Shown: positions 43,372 through 56,002, counted from the stretch's first letter. The stretch: DNA of 64,000 bases from an uncultured Gemmatimonadaceae bacterium (GCA_963829055.1 CAWHHI010000016.1:704001-768000); one strand, 5' to 3'. Notes: generated by a model from the sequence alone, not told the origin. Program-made: numbers and translations.

Positions 43372-43972
43372 GACGACATCCTCCGGGGTTGATGTGCGCC
43401 CGCGTGTGAGTCGGCATCGGGTCCGCCCCATGGCACACGGGCGAGCCATGGGCCGGCCGGCTCTGACGCCCCCGCGATGATGCCGGCCACTGGAACTCAC
43501 GTCAAGAACGGGTCTGGGGACAGGTATCCCGAGGGTATCGGGCCCGCGGTTTGCGCTGCCGTGCCGCGCCATCACGTCGCCGCACGGAAGGCCCGCCTAG
43601 GATTGGCCGGAGGGAAACCTCTTCAACAGGCGTGGCCGGCGACCCGCGTGCAGTCCGGAAGGGCCAAGGCCGGCGCGTGGTTCGTCGGCGCCGATCATCG
43701 ATGAACTTGAACCAAAGGGTCAGGGAGATGAGGCGCGCGCAGCGCCATAGATTCCCGCGGCCCGGCGAGCTGGCGTCGTTTGAGGCGCGGACGTTCAGGC
43801 AGTGGGGACCGCGCGTCGTTAGGCGCGCCGCGGCGGGCGATCGAGCGGCGGCGGAATGACCGGGACGGCAGCGGCGTGGACCTCTACTGGTGGATCGCCG
43901 CCCAGCGTGCGGCGCGCGGCCAAGCGCGTCGACGATCGGGCCGATCGAGTGAGTCAGCCGAACACGTCACCG

Positions 43973-44040
43973 GGTGTGATCGAGCGCATAGCGGTGCGTG
44001 ATCTGCGTTTTTGCGCCCGGAGTTAACACCGGAGTCAACG
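43973..44040. repeat. about 68-bp direct repeat (copy 2)
   Basis: near-identical to 37642-37710. Confidence 0.9.
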
Positions 44041-44235
44041 TTGGTTTGGAAAGCCCCCAAACGTTGCTGGCGGTCTACCAGCGCGCCGATGAAACGACCA
44101 TGCGGGCAGGGCTCGCCGGTCGTGATGGGCGGCGCGCCCACGGGATTCGTTAGGACGCTGTACGTTCGCGATGGGCTCTCGACGAACGGACAGCAGGAAC
44201 GGACAGCAACGGCCGATTCGCCTGGAAAAACGACG

Positions 44236-44265
44236 CCCCGCCTGACGTCGGAACGTCAAACGGGG
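44236..44265 (-). terminator. hairpin immediately 3' of tRNA-Ser(GGA)
   Basis: minus strand CCCCGTTTGACGT-TCCG-ACGTCAGGCGGGG (two G-U pairs), followed shortly by TTTTT. Confidence 0.55.
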
Positions 44266-44352
44266 CGGATGGGGCGAGATTCGAACTCGCGGTACGCTTT
44301 CACGTACACACGCTTTCCAGGCGTGCGCCTTAAACCACTCGGCCACCCATCC
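44266..44352 (-). tRNA. tRNA-Ser (GGA)
   Basis: GGATGGG/CCCATCC acceptor stem, anticodon arm CACGC-CTGGAAA-GCGTG, long variable arm, GTTCGAAT; CCA not encoded. Confidence 0.96.
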
Positions 44353-44446
44353 CGAGAGGGGCGTGACGTCCAAGCCGCGGCCGCCAGCGTACCCTCGACA
44401 CCACGTGTGCTGTGACTCCGTGGGCACCCACGGCGGTCGGTTGGTA

Positions 44447-44535
44447 CGGACAGGGAGAGATTCGAACTCTCGATACCGCGTAAACGGTATGCCGGTTTTC
44501 GAGACCGGTGCCTTCAACCACTCGGCCACCTGTCC
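44447..44535 (-). tRNA. tRNA-Ser (CGA)
   Basis: GGACAGG/CCTGTCC acceptor stem, CCGGT-CTCGAAA-ACCGG, long variable arm, GTTCGAAT. Confidence 0.96.
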
Positions 44536-44548
44536 AGCAGAGCCGAGA

Positions 44549-44577
44549 AACCTAGTCAGGCGAAAATCCATGGTCAA
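44549..44577 (-). promoter_or_regulatory. sigma70 promoter of the tRNA-Ser pair
   Basis: TTGACC-17 nt-TAGGTT, 13 nt upstream of the tRNA. Confidence 0.7.
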
Positions 44578-44732
44578 CGCGCGCAAGCACCTATTCTCGC
44601 GCCGCCCGAGGCCCTGCACGTAGCGCCAAATGGCGAGCAGGTGGCGGCAGCTCGTCGACCAGCAACCAGCACGAGCGACCAGCCCTCAGCCGAGCTTCCG
44701 GTTCCCCGTTCCCGGTTCGCCGTTCCGTTGGC

Positions 44733-46451
44733 TTACGGCTCTCCCGGGAACTCGACGTGATACGCCACTGTGCTCCCCTGACGACGCTCCATCACCAGTC
44801 GCACGTTCCGCCGCTGGAGCTCGGCCACGAGGCCCGGTTCGGCACCGTCGAGCGCGAACATGTGCGACCCAAAGACCCAGAGACGGGGCCGCGCAATCGC
44901 CGCCATGCGCGTGACCTCGAGCTCGGCCCAGCCACTATCGGGCTGCAGCGGCAGGGCAAGCTGGTCCGGCGTGAGCGTGGGGTTCAATGATCGCGTAGAC
45001 GTGCGATACTGCCGGCCCGTTGGCATGCCTATGATCTCGGCTCGTCCGCGGTAGCGGCGCGCGAGCAGCTCGGCCGAATCGAGTCGCGCACGCCCCCGTG
45101 GAGGCGCATTGTTGTGTGCCGGTGCCCCTGCCCCGGCGATCGAGGCTGCCCAGCGCAGGCGATCCACGTCGGGCGCATTCCAGTCCGTCGTGTAGAAGAT
45201 CCAGAGCGGAAACGACCGCGCCGCGACGTACACCGGTTCGCCTCGACTCATGCTGTCGACGTCCGCGATGATCTGCTTCCCGACGGCGAAGTAGACCGGA
45301 TGCGCGATGCGGTCGACGTGCGTTGGCGCCACGGCAATCGCGATCGCGCCGGTGGCAGCCGCCAGCGCGCCAGTCGCGACGCGCACCGGCGCGAGCTCCA
45401 CCAGCCGCGCGACGAGCGATGCGTACGCGATGAGCGTGAGCGGCGCCGCGAACAGGAAGAGCCGATCCATCACCGGATACAGACCGAGCGCGCACGCCAC
45501 CGCGCTCAACACCAGAGGGGCCGCCACGAGCACAGCACCAACCCGTCCGCGTCGCCAGAGGGTCCAGACGCCAGCGAGCCACAGCAACGCGAAGACGCTA
45601 CCAGGCACGAACAGCGCAGCGCGGAGTGTCGGCGCGGCAAGCGCCGAGATTGCGAAGAATCGAAGACGCTGCACGAAATCGGGCGCGCGCGGATCCAGGA
45701 AGGTCCCGTCCCAGAAGGCGCGCATATACGCGCTCGATGCGGCCGATCGGTAGATGAGCAGGTACAGCATCGAGAACACGATCGCCCACGACACCGCCGC
45801 AATCGCCAACCGTCGACGGCCGTCGCTCGAGCGGCGAGTCTCGCGATCGACGAGCAGCGCGATGACGACGCCGCCTAACGTGAACACAGCCGGCTGCGAA
45901 AGCAGCAGGCAGACGACGCCACCGGCTGTGAGCTGTAGCCACGCGGTACGCGCGTGCGGATTCGCGGCGACGCGCAGCGCGAGCCACACGGCCAGTCCGG
46001 TCGCCAACGGGTCCACCCCGTACTGCTTCGCTTCGGCGGCGAACGTCACGAGCGTGACGGACACGGCAACGAGCACGATCGCGACGGATGCCGTCGCAGC
46101 ACCGGCGATCCGCCGCGCCAGGACCCAGGTCAACGGAATGAGCGCGACGCCAGCGACGAACGGCAACACGCGAAGTGATCGCTCACTCACACCGCCGACA
46201 CTGACCGCAATCCGCTCGATCCAGAGATAGAGGAGCGGCGCGGTCTGATCGTAATCGAGCGGCCGAGCGAGCTGTCCCATCGACCGCGCGCCGATGTTCA
46301 ACGCGAGCATCGCCTCGTCGAGCCACAGCGGCCGATCGCGCATGAACTCGGCTATGCGCAGCCCGATCCCCACAACGCTCGCCAGAATCGCGATGACGAT
46401 GGGAACGAGCGCAGAGCGGTTGTGGTTGGCGGCGGGCGCGCCCTGCTCCAT
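44733..46451 (-). CDS. polytopic glycosyltransferase (GT-C / family 39-83-like)
   Basis: LWLDE, Q.APL.Y, E..LR, AEAKQY and many TM helices. Confidence 0.75.
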   Translation of the reverse strand: MEQGAPAANHNRSALVPIVIAILASVVGIGLRIAEFMRDRPLWLDEAMLALNIGARSMGQLARPLDYDQTAPLLYLWIERIAVSVGGVSERSLRVLPFVAGVALIPLTWVLARRIAGAATASVAIVLVAVSVTLVTFAAEAKQYGVDPLATGLAVWLALRVAANPHARTAWLQLTAGGVVCLLLSQPAVFTLGGVVIALLVDRETRRSSDGRRRLAIAAVSWAIVFSMLYLLIYRSAASSAYMRAFWDGTFLDPRAPDFVQRLRFFAISALAAPTLRAALFVPGSVFALLWLAGVWTLWRRGRVGAVLVAAPLVLSAVACALGLYPVMDRLFLFAAPLTLIAYASLVARLVELAPVRVATGALAAATGAIAIAVAPTHVDRIAHPVYFAVGKQIIADVDSMSRGEPVYVAARSFPLWIFYTTDWNAPDVDRLRWAASIAGAGAPAHNNAPPRGRARLDSAELLARRYRGRAEIIGMPTGRQYRTSTRSLNPTLTPDQLALPLQPDSGWAELEVTRMAAIARPRLWVFGSHMFALDGAEPGLVAELQRRNVRLVMERRQGSTVAYHVEFPGEP

Positions 46452-46610
46452 CGTGTCACGATTCGAGACCGGTCGCGCCGAGTGCGCGTGAGAGAAGGAC
46501 GCGCAGGATGGCGCCCGAGGCACGCGGACTGGAGCTCGCTCGGCGTCCGTCATCCGCTGTCGCCGTCCGGCCATTGGCCTCCTTCCTCCGGCCTCCTCCT
46601 TCCTAAGGCC

Positions 46611-47096
46611 TCAGCCCCTCCGCTCCCGAAAAAACCCAGAGAGTAGAGCAGCACAGTCGTCCGCTAAAACGCCCGCCACCACTTCCGGCCGGTGATTGAG
46701 CCGCGGATGTCGCAACAGGTCGCCCACTGATCCACCCATGCCAGCTTTCTCGTCCCACGCCCCGAAAACGACACGCGCCATGCGCGCGAGGACGATAGCC
46801 CCCGCACACATGGCGCATGGCTCGAGCGTTACCACCAGCGTGCAGTCGTCGAGGCGCCAGCGGCCGAGTGCGCGCGACGCCTCGCGGATCGCGAGCACCT
46901 CGGCGTGCGCGGTGGGGTCCTGATCGCGAACCGTGCGGTTCGCGCCACGCGCGAGGATCCGGTCGTGCTGAATCACCACCGCGCCCACGGGCACGTCGCC
47001 GACCGCAGCGCTATCCGCAGCGGCGGCGAGCGCCTCACGCATCCACGTGTCCCACGCGCCGCTGCTCACCTGATCGATGCTCGAACGAGCAATCAA
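46611..47096 (-). CDS. tadA: tRNA adenosine(34) deaminase
   Basis: [25 protein letters not shown]. Confidence 0.93.
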   Translation of the reverse strand: MIARSSIDQVSSGAWDTWMREALAAAADSAAVGDVPVGAVVIQHDRILARGANRTVRDQDPTAHAEVLAIREASRALGRWRLDDCTLVVTLEPCAMCAGAIVLARMARVVFGAWDEKAGMGGSVGDLLRHPRLNHRPEVVAGVLADDCAALLSGFFRERRG

Positions 47097-49714
47097 CGAG
47101 CTGCGACGACGGGCTCCTCCTGCTGCGCCTCCGCCTTCGTGAACACGATCTCCCCGTCGGCACCCTCGGTGGCGAGGATCGCGTCGCCGTCGTGGAACTG
47201 ACCGCCGAGCAACGCCATCGATAGCGGGTTCTGAATCATCCGCTGGATCGCCCGCTTGAGCGGACGTGCACCGTATGTCGGATCATACCCCTCCGACGTG
47301 AGCGCATGCTTCGCCTCCGGCGAGAGCTCGAGCGTGATCTTCTTCTCAGCCAACAGCTGCCGGAGGCGCGTGAGCTGCAGTTCCACGATGTCCTCCAACT
47401 GCTCTCGGCTGAGCGGACGGAACACGATGATGTCATCGACGCGGTTCAGGAACTCGGGGCGGAAATGCCCGCGCAGCGCGCCGAGCACCTGCGACTCGAC
47501 TTCGGCCCAGTCGGCCGTGCCGCGCTCGAGAATGATCTGACTGCCCACGTTGGACGTCATGATGATGACGGTGTTCCGGAAGTCCACCGTGCGGCCCTGC
47601 GAGTCCGTGAGCCGACCGTCATCGAGAATCTGCAGCAGGATGTTGAACACGTCCGGATGCGCTTTCTCGATCTCGTCGAACAGGATCACGGAGTACGGCC
47701 GGCGCCTAACGGCTTCCGTCAGCTGACCACCTTCCTCGAAGCCGACGTATCCCGGAGGCGCACCGATGAGGCGAGCGACGGCGTGCTTCTCCATGTACTC
47801 GGACATGTCGATGCGCACCATCGCGTGCTCGTCGTCGAACAGGAAGTCCGCGAGTGCCCGCGCCGTCTCGGTCTTTCCAACGCCCGTGGGGCCGAGGAAG
47901 ATGAACGAGCCGATCGGACGATTCGGATCCTGCAACCCGGCACGCGAGCGGCGGACCGCGTTCGCGACGGCTTCCACCGCCTCACGCTGTCCGACGACGC
48001 GATGCGCCAGCTCATCCTCGAGCTTCGTTAGGCGCTCGCGCTCGCTTTCCAGCATGCGCGTGATTGGAATTCCAGTCCACCGCGACACGACCTCGGCGAT
48101 GTCATCCGCCGCGACTTCCTCCTTCAGGAACTGGGGGCGCCCCGAGGCGCTCGCGAGACGCTGCTCCGCATCGCGCATCTGCTGCTCGAGCTGCGGAATC
48201 CTCCCGTACGTGATCTCGGCCGCCTTGCCGAGGTCACCTCGGCGCGTCGCCTGGTCTGCCTCGATGCGCGCCTGTTCGATCTCCTGCTTGATGCGTCCAA
48301 CAGCGCCGAGCGTTTCCTTCTCGTGCTGCCACTGCGCCTTCATGCCTTGCGAGCGCTCGCGTAGCTCCGCGAGCTCACGCTCGAGGTTCTCGCGGCGCTC
48401 CACAGACGCGGGATCCTTCTCCTTCTGCAGCGCCTGTCGTTCGATCTCGAGCTGCACGATGCGGCGCTCTACTTCGTCGATCTCCTGCGGCATCGAGTCG
48501 ATCTCGATGCGGAGGCGAGATGCGGCCTCGTCGATGAGGTCGATGGCCTTGTCCGGCAGGAAGCGGTCGCCGATGTAGCGGTTCGACAGCGTGGCGGCAG
48601 CAACCACCGCACCGTCGGTGATACGCACACCATGGTGTGCCTCGTAGCGCTCCTTGAGGCCGCGCAGGATGGCGATCGTGCTCTCGACGCTTGGCTCCCC
48701 AACGAACACCGGCTGGAAGCGCCGCTCCAGCGCCGCATCCTTTTCGATGTATTTGCGATACTCGTCGAGCGTGGTTGCGCCGACCACGCGCAGCTCGCCG
48801 CGAGCGAGCATCGGCTTGAGCATGTTGCCCGCATCCATCGCGCCTTCGGCCTTCCCTGCACCAACGAGCGTGTGCAGCTCGTCGATGAACACGACGAACA
48901 GCCCCTGGCTGTCGGTGATCTCCTTGAGGACGGCCTTGAGCCGCTCCTCGAACTCACCGCGGAACTTGGCGCCAGCGATGAGCGCGCCGAGGTCGAGCGC
49001 GATGAGACGCTTGTTGCGCAGACTCTCGGGGACGTCGCCGTTCACGATGCGCTGCGCGAGCCCTTCGGCGATGGCGGTCTTGCCGACGCCGGGTTCGCCG
49101 ATGAGAACCGGGTTGTTCTTCGTGCGCCGCGAGAGCACCTGCATAACGCGGCGAATCTCCTCGTCGCGACCGATGACCGGATCCAGTTTGCCCTTGCGAG
49201 CAGCATCGGTGAGGTCGCGCGTGTAACGCTGAAGCGCCTGGTACTGGTTTTCTGGCGTCTGATCCGTGACGCGGTGCGAGCCGCGCACGGCCTGCAATGC
49301 CTCGAGCAGCGCGTCGCGAGTTGCGCCGAGGGCGCCGAGAATGGTTCGGCTCTCGGAGCCCTTCGTCTCGGCGAGCGCGAGCAGCAGGTGCTCGGTCGAG
49401 ATGTACTCGTCGCCGAGCGCCTTTGCCTCATCCTCGGCCTTGTCGAGGACCTGGTTCATCTCGCGCGACATCGACGGCTGCGCGTTGCTCTGCTTGGGGA
49501 ACCGCGCGGACTCCCGCTCGACCTGCTCGCGGAGCTGCGTGACATTGACGCCGAGCTTTTGCAGGATGGGCACGACGATCCCCTCGTCCTGCCCAAGCAG
49601 GGCGGACAGGAGATGGAGGTCGTACACCAACGGATTGCCGGCGCGCCGGGCCTGTGCAATGGCCTCGTTCAGCGCTTCGGCTGATTTGACGGTAAGACGG
49701 TCGGCGTTGATCAT
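47093..49714 (-). CDS. clpB: ATP-dependent chaperone ClpB
   Basis: GEPGVGKT and GPTGVGKT Walker A motifs, [13 protein letters not shown], middle coiled coil, GAPPGYVG. Confidence 0.97.
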   Translation of the reverse strand: MINADRLTVKSAEALNEAIAQARRAGNPLVYDLHLLSALLGQDEGIVVPILQKLGVNVTQLREQVERESARFPKQSNAQPSMSREMNQVLDKAEDEAKALGDEYISTEHLLLALAETKGSESRTILGALGATRDALLEALQAVRGSHRVTDQTPENQYQALQRYTRDLTDAARKGKLDPVIGRDEEIRRVMQVLSRRTKNNPVLIGEPGVGKTAIAEGLAQRIVNGDVPESLRNKRLIALDLGALIAGAKFRGEFEERLKAVLKEITDSQGLFVVFIDELHTLVGAGKAEGAMDAGNMLKPMLARGELRVVGATTLDEYRKYIEKDAALERRFQPVFVGEPSVESTIAILRGLKERYEAHHGVRITDGAVVAAATLSNRYIGDRFLPDKAIDLIDEAASRLRIEIDSMPQEIDEVERRIVQLEIERQALQKEKDPASVERRENLERELAELRERSQGMKAQWQHEKETLGAVGRIKQEIEQARIEADQATRRGDLGKAAEITYGRIPQLEQQMRDAEQRLASASGRPQFLKEEVAADDIAEVVSRWTGIPITRMLESERERLTKLEDELAHRVVGQREAVEAVANAVRRSRAGLQDPNRPIGSFIFLGPTGVGKTETARALADFLFDDEHAMVRIDMSEYMEKHAVARLIGAPPGYVGFEEGGQLTEAVRRRPYSVILFDEIEKAHPDVFNILLQILDDGRLTDSQGRTVDFRNTVIIMTSNVGSQIILERGTADWAEVESQVLGALRGHFRPEFLNRVDDIIVFRPLSREQLEDIVELQLTRLRQLLAEKKITLELSPEAKHALTSEGYDPTYGARPLKRAIQRMIQNPLSMALLGGQFHDGDAILATEGADGEIVFTKAEAQQEEPVVAAR

Positions 49715-49796
49715 GTGCTGAGCAATAGGAACTGGGGAAGCGGGCCGAGCCCGCTTCCCTCGTCTTGATACCTGGTTGAAGTAGGCACCCCTAGAG

Positions 49797-49812
49797 GGCA
49801 ACCGCAATGCCG
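49797..49812 (-). promoter_or_regulatory. possible sigma54 (-24/-12) promoter of clpB
   Basis: minus strand CGGCATtgcggTTGCC; GG-N10-GC spacing. Confidence 0.4.
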
Positions 49813-49861
49813 CATGCAGTGCGCCGTTGTGGCGCACTTTTGCCAACTTCGCCGACCGCGT

Positions 49862-50548
49862 TCAGCGCTCCTGTGCCCGAGCGGCAGCGACGCGACGCAA
49901 AGCGGCTGCGGCGTCGTCGACCAGCCGCGTGAGGGCGCGAGAGGTGGCGGCCGAGAGCGCCGCCACGACGGAGTCGATGTTTCGGGACTCGGCAACCAGT
50001 TCCACCTCGTGCGCCGCGCCCGACCAGACGACGGAGTCGTCGGCAACGCGGATCAGCCTAGCCGCCAGAGACACCGACGTGGAGACGGACGTGGGCCCAT
50101 CGACTTCGTCGAACTCGCGCACGACGCCGCGCCACTCGTACTCACCCGGCCGAGCCGCCGACCGGTCGAATGCGACGCGCCCAGACGTGAGGACGCCGCC
50201 ACCGGCGATCGTCTCCGTTCGCGTCGCGAGCATGTCGGCAAGCGGAATCGCCCACTCACGCGATGGGTACTTTCCGTAGCCCGTCGCACCCACGCGGTAC
50301 ACGAGCGATCCGTCGCCGTAGATGCCGGGTGTCTCGTACGCGAGGATCGCGATCGTCCCCGTGAGAGGCGCTGCGGCCGTTGCCGGAGCCGTGGTAGCCG
50401 CCGAGTCGACCGGGGCGAGTCGATAGAACTCGCGCGGTGGTAGCGTGCCGCGGAAGCATCCCGTCTGCACCACGTAAACGGCCACGGCCGCGACGGTCGC
50501 AAGCGCTCGCGCGCCGGTCCGGCGCCACGCTCGTCGCGGACTACTCAC
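49862..50548 (-). CDS. ABC transport auxiliary lipoprotein (PqiC-like)
   Basis: lipobox-like QTGC, FYRL, LVYR, W..P...ML; follows mlaD-like gene. Confidence 0.75.
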   Translation of the reverse strand: MSSPRRAWRRTGARALATVAAVAVYVVQTGCFRGTLPPREFYRLAPVDSAATTAPATAAAPLTGTIAILAYETPGIYGDGSLVYRVGATGYGKYPSREWAIPLADMLATRTETIAGGGVLTSGRVAFDRSAARPGEYEWRGVVREFDEVDGPTSVSTSVSLAARLIRVADDSVVWSGAAHEVELVAESRNIDSVVAALSAATSRALTRLVDDAAAALRRVAAARAQER

Positions 50549-51449
50549 GGAGGGGCGGTCCCAAAGGCTTCGGAGCGAGCGTGCGACGCTTGAGCAGACT
50601 CGAAGGGTCGCGCTCGAGCCGCGCGGACAGCTTCGCAAAATTCTCCGATGCGGAATTGAGGTTCTGCACGAGCTGGTTCACGCCGCCGCCCTGGTCCATC
50701 GCGCTCCGCAGCTCGATGACGAGCGATCGCGTCTCGCGCAGCGTCTCGAGCGCCTCGCGCTGCGTGTTGGCGAGTCCGGGGCTCGCGCCTGCCACCGCGG
50801 TATCGATCGTTCCAACGAGGCGCTCCGAATGCGCGAGCAGTTCACCGAGCTGGCGCGACGCGGCGTCGAGTCGATTCAGAAGTCGCTCCGAGCCCACCGT
50901 CGCGCCGCGCACGAGCGTGTCCGCGCGCGCGAGCGTCGAATCCAGTCGTGCAAGTGGATTCGCCTGCGTGAGCCGCTCGACGGAAGCGAACACGCTGTCC
51001 GCGCGATCCAGCGACACAGCGAGCCGGCGCATCGCATCCTGGACACTCAGGTTTGTCTCGCTCGGAATGCGCGCACCGGTCGCCAGGGTCGGCCCCTCTC
51101 CTGCGCCCGGCTCGAGCGCGAGGTAGGGCTGTCCGAGCAGGCCGAGTTGCGTGATGCTCGCGCGCGTCCCGGCGCGAACCGGCGTTAGGCTGCGCACGCG
51201 AAACCGAACCACGATGGCGGACGGCGGGGCTGAGTCGATGTCGAGCGCGGTCACCGCCCCAACACGGAGGCCGCCGTAACGCACCTCGTCACCCACGTTC
51301 AACCCGGCCACGTCGCGAAACGTGGTGCTGTACTCGTGCTGTCGATCGAGCAATGGCGTGCGTCGCGCGAACAATACGAGGCTGATGAACGCGATCGTGC
51401 CGACTCCCACGAGAACGGCAACACGCGCTCGCTCCCTTCGTGCGCTCAC
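50541..51449 (-). CDS. MlaD/MCE family protein
   Basis: F.DVAGL.VG..VRYGGL.VG.V, GLLG..Y..L.PG. Confidence 0.9.
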   Translation of the reverse strand: MSARRERARVAVLVGVGTIAFISLVLFARRTPLLDRQHEYSTTFRDVAGLNVGDEVRYGGLRVGAVTALDIDSAPPSAIVVRFRVRSLTPVRAGTRASITQLGLLGQPYLALEPGAGEGPTLATGARIPSETNLSVQDAMRRLAVSLDRADSVFASVERLTQANPLARLDSTLARADTLVRGATVGSERLLNRLDAASRQLGELLAHSERLVGTIDTAVAGASPGLANTQREALETLRETRSLVIELRSAMDQGGGVNQLVQNLNSASENFAKLSARLERDPSSLLKRRTLAPKPLGPPLRE

Positions 51450-52192
51450 GCCGCGCCTCGGCGATCGATGAAACGACGCACAGCCTGGTGTTGACTCCGG
51501 CGTAGGTGGTCGAGATCACCATGTTCGACGACTCGCCCGGCGGACAGCACGGACACGGCATCCGGGGACCGGAATGCGTAGCGCACCTCCTGCGAGCAGA
51601 TGAGCGCCGCGCAGCCGTATCGCAGCTGGAGCGCGGCGAGCGTGTCGTCGAGCTCCGTCGCGGCATGTGGATCGAGCCCGTGGCCTGGCTCGTCGATGAG
51701 CAGCAGTGGTGGCTCGAGGATGAGCGCCCGCGCCAGCGCCGCGCGGCGACGATCGAGTCGTGACAGGAACTCTGGCGTCCGGTCGATATCGCCTTCCACG
51801 CCCACCTCGCGAAGCAGCTCGGCGGCGCGGTCTCGCGCGGCACGAGCATCCATGTCCGTGTGCTCGACGAGTGGTAACTCCACGTTCTCCAGCATCGTCA
51901 GGCGTGAAACGAGCGCCGAGCTGTCGAACAGCACACCGACTCGACGACGCGCGCGGGCGAGCTGCTCGTCGTTAGGCGCGGCGGCATCGAACGAGATGCC
52001 GTCGATGGTCACCGTCCCGTGTTCGGAGCGTTGGAGCCCGAGCAGGAGTCGAAGCAACAACGATTTTCCGGAGTGCATCGGGCCCAGCACGATGTGCGTG
52101 CCGCCGCGCGGCACCGTGAGCGACACGTGCCGCATGATGGGTGAACCGGCGGGACCCGTCAGGTCCTGGACCTCCAGCGCAACGGAGCTCAC
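51446..52192 (-). CDS. MlaF-like ABC ATP-binding protein
   Basis: GPMHSGKS, ENV.LPL, degenerate signature LSRLD, IDEP..GLDP. Confidence 0.88.
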   Translation of the reverse strand: MSSVALEVQDLTGPAGSPIMRHVSLTVPRGGTHIVLGPMHSGKSLLLRLLLGLQRSEHGTVTIDGISFDAAAPNDEQLARARRRVGVLFDSSALVSRLTMLENVELPLVEHTDMDARAARDRAAELLREVGVEGDIDRTPEFLSRLDRRRAALARALILEPPLLLIDEPGHGLDPHAATELDDTLAALQLRYGCAALICSQEVRYAFRSPDAVSVLSAGRVVEHGDLDHLRRSQHQAVRRFIDRRGAA

Positions 52193-52983
52193 GTGAGCCC
52201 CGGGATGAAGTACACGAACGCGTTCACCATCGTGTCGGCGGCGAGCACGCTGATGAGACAGTGCACGACGGCCCGCGTCGCGGCATCGCCAATCGCGCTC
52301 ACGCGACGCTCGACGCGCAACCCCTCGTCGGCCGCAATGAGTCCGATGAGAATCGCGAACATGACCGACTTGGCGAGGCCCACGCCCACGTCCCCTAACG
52401 CGAGCGATTCATGCACGTGCTGCAGGTACAGCGCGCTGTTGTAGCCGAGCGCGACGGACGTACCGAGCCATCCACCAACGACCGCGAGCATCACCGCGAC
52501 CGCTGTCAGCGCCGGCAGCGCGATCAGGAGCGCGGCGAGCTTCGGCACCACGAGATACTTCACCGGATCGAGGCCCATCGCACGAAGCGCGTCGATCTCG
52601 CCGTTCGCGCTCATCGATGCGAATTCACCGGCGATGGCGGCCGCGCTCCGCGCGACGACGAGGATCGCGACGACAATCGGACCGATCTCGCGAGCGACGA
52701 ACCAGGCGAGCGCACGGGCGCTCACGACTTCGGCGCCATAGGGCGCGAGTTGGTACGCCACCTGGAACACCGTGATGAGGCCCACGAGCAGCGCTGACGC
52801 GGCGACCAGTCGAATCGCGCCGAAGCCCAGGACGTCGAGCTCGCGCGTGACGCTCGCCGCCACCGGAGTCGGACGATCCGAGGCACTGGGCGCGAGCAGC
52901 GACGCGAGCCAGTAGGCCGAGCGCAGGGCGAGGCGACCACGCGTGATGAATCGGCCGCCGGGAATGCCGAACGACTGCGACAT
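52189..52983 (-). CDS. MlaE family ABC permease
   Basis: REIGP, EIDALRAMGLDP..YLVVP; GGAGG RBS. Confidence 0.9.
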   Translation of the reverse strand: MSQSFGIPGGRFITRGRLALRSAYWLASLLAPSASDRPTPVAASVTRELDVLGFGAIRLVAASALLVGLITVFQVAYQLAPYGAEVVSARALAWFVAREIGPIVVAILVVARSAAAIAGEFASMSANGEIDALRAMGLDPVKYLVVPKLAALLIALPALTAVAVMLAVVGGWLGTSVALGYNSALYLQHVHESLALGDVGVGLAKSVMFAILIGLIAADEGLRVERRVSAIGDAATRAVVHCLISVLAADTMVNAFVYFIPGLT

Positions 52984-53060
52984 GTCCTCCGTCGCGTCGG
53001 CGTCGCCGGGCGTCACGCTCGCTTGACGCATTCGAGGCCGGTGGATAGCCTTGCCGCCAC

Positions 53061-53429
53061 ATGGGAACGCCGTCGATCGCCAGGCATGTCTCGCTGATTG
53101 TTCTGGTAGCTCTCGCTGCAGTCACAGGCTGCCAGCGCTCACGCTCCGCCAACGGCGTGAGCGACGCGACGTTCGTGGCCGTGATGGCAGACCTGAAGCG
53201 CGTGCAGGACGCTCCGGGGTTGAACGCCAGCCAGAAGGCGGCTCGTCGCGACTCGGTGTTGCAAAGTCGGGGCCTCACGCCAGCTCAGCTGGAACAAGCG
53301 GCGAGGGAGCTCGCCCAGAATCCGACGCGCGCGCAGACGGTCTGGCAGGCGGTCCAGCGTCGCGCCGCCGATACGGCGGCTAAGGCCGTTGCGCCTCCGG
53401 CGCCCGCGGCGCCGCCCACTCCCAAGTAG
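53061..53429 (+). CDS. hypothetical lipoprotein
   Basis: lipobox VTGC after a hydrophobic stretch; helical body. Confidence 0.7.
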   Translation: MGTPSIARHVSLIVLVALAAVTGCQRSRSANGVSDATFVAVMADLKRVQDAPGLNASQKAARRDSVLQSRGLTPAQLEQAARELAQNPTRAQTVWQAVQRRAADTAAKAVAPPAPAAPPTPK

Positions 53430-53460
53430 CGCAGTACGGCCGTATCGCCGCGCATAACGC

Positions 53461-53491
53461 GAGCGCCCCCCGGAATTCCCGGGGGGCGCTC
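53461..53491. terminator. hairpin between convergent genes
   Basis: GAGCGCCCCCCGG-AATTC-CCGGGGGGCGCTC, perfect 13-bp stem. Confidence 0.75.
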
Positions 53492-53512
53492 GACACCTGC
53501 ACGATATGTTCG

Positions 53513-53964
53513 CTACTTCGTGACGAGCATTCGTTTGACGAGAGGATTTCCGTCAATTCGGAGCTCGTAGAGGTAGACGCCCGAGGCGACCTCTGTTTTG
53601 GTTCCCATCCACTTGCCGTCCCAGTACGCGACGTAGTCTCCGCACGTCAGCATGACGTCGACGAGTCGGACTCCACCTGCCACGCCTCCTGCCCCGCCCT
53701 GCAGAACCGGTATCGCCACCAGTTGCGACAAGAATGTTGTAGATCCGCAGGGAGACTTTGTACTGCCTGCCCGGATCCTCACACTTCTCGTCGATCGTGA
53801 ACGGGATCCGGGTCTCAGGGTTGAAAGGGTTCGGATAATTCTGCTTCAGAACCCCGGGTTTTCGATCACGGGCAGGGTTCTGGTTCCCCTGCGCCGTCAG
53901 GACACGTGGCATGAGCGCGCTGAGAACAAGCACGGTACACAGTGCCCCCCAACGATAGCTTCAT
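53513..53964 (-). CDS. exported FlgD-Ig / T9SS-CTD-like protein, 2 frameshifts
   Basis: signal peptide, L.QNYPNPFNP.T.I.F, V.L.IYNIL, WDG, ASGVY.Y.L, K.M...K. Confidence 0.75.
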
Positions 53965-54056
53965 GTTGACTTCTCCAGCTGACGAAATAGGTCCGAAACG
54001 CTAACTCCTGAGCCAGGTTGACGGTTTACTACGGTTCGCTAAGCCTACTTCGCGCG

Positions 54057-54085
54057 AACATAGAACCGGCGGAAACACTTGTCAA
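54057..54085 (-). promoter_or_regulatory. sigma70 promoter
   Basis: TTGACA-17 nt-TATGTT upstream of 53964. Confidence 0.65.
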
Positions 54086-54141
54086 GCAACTACATCACTG
54101 CTTGCACAGTACACGATCCCGCAATACCGCCGCTATGCGAC

Positions 54142-55998
<1,857 letters not shown>

Positions 55999-56002
<4 letters not shown>

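Noticed and set aside
43701..43859. Short ORF with FEARTFRQWG, resembling a methyltransferase-like N-terminus
   Set aside because: Too short and degenerate to support; at most gene debris.
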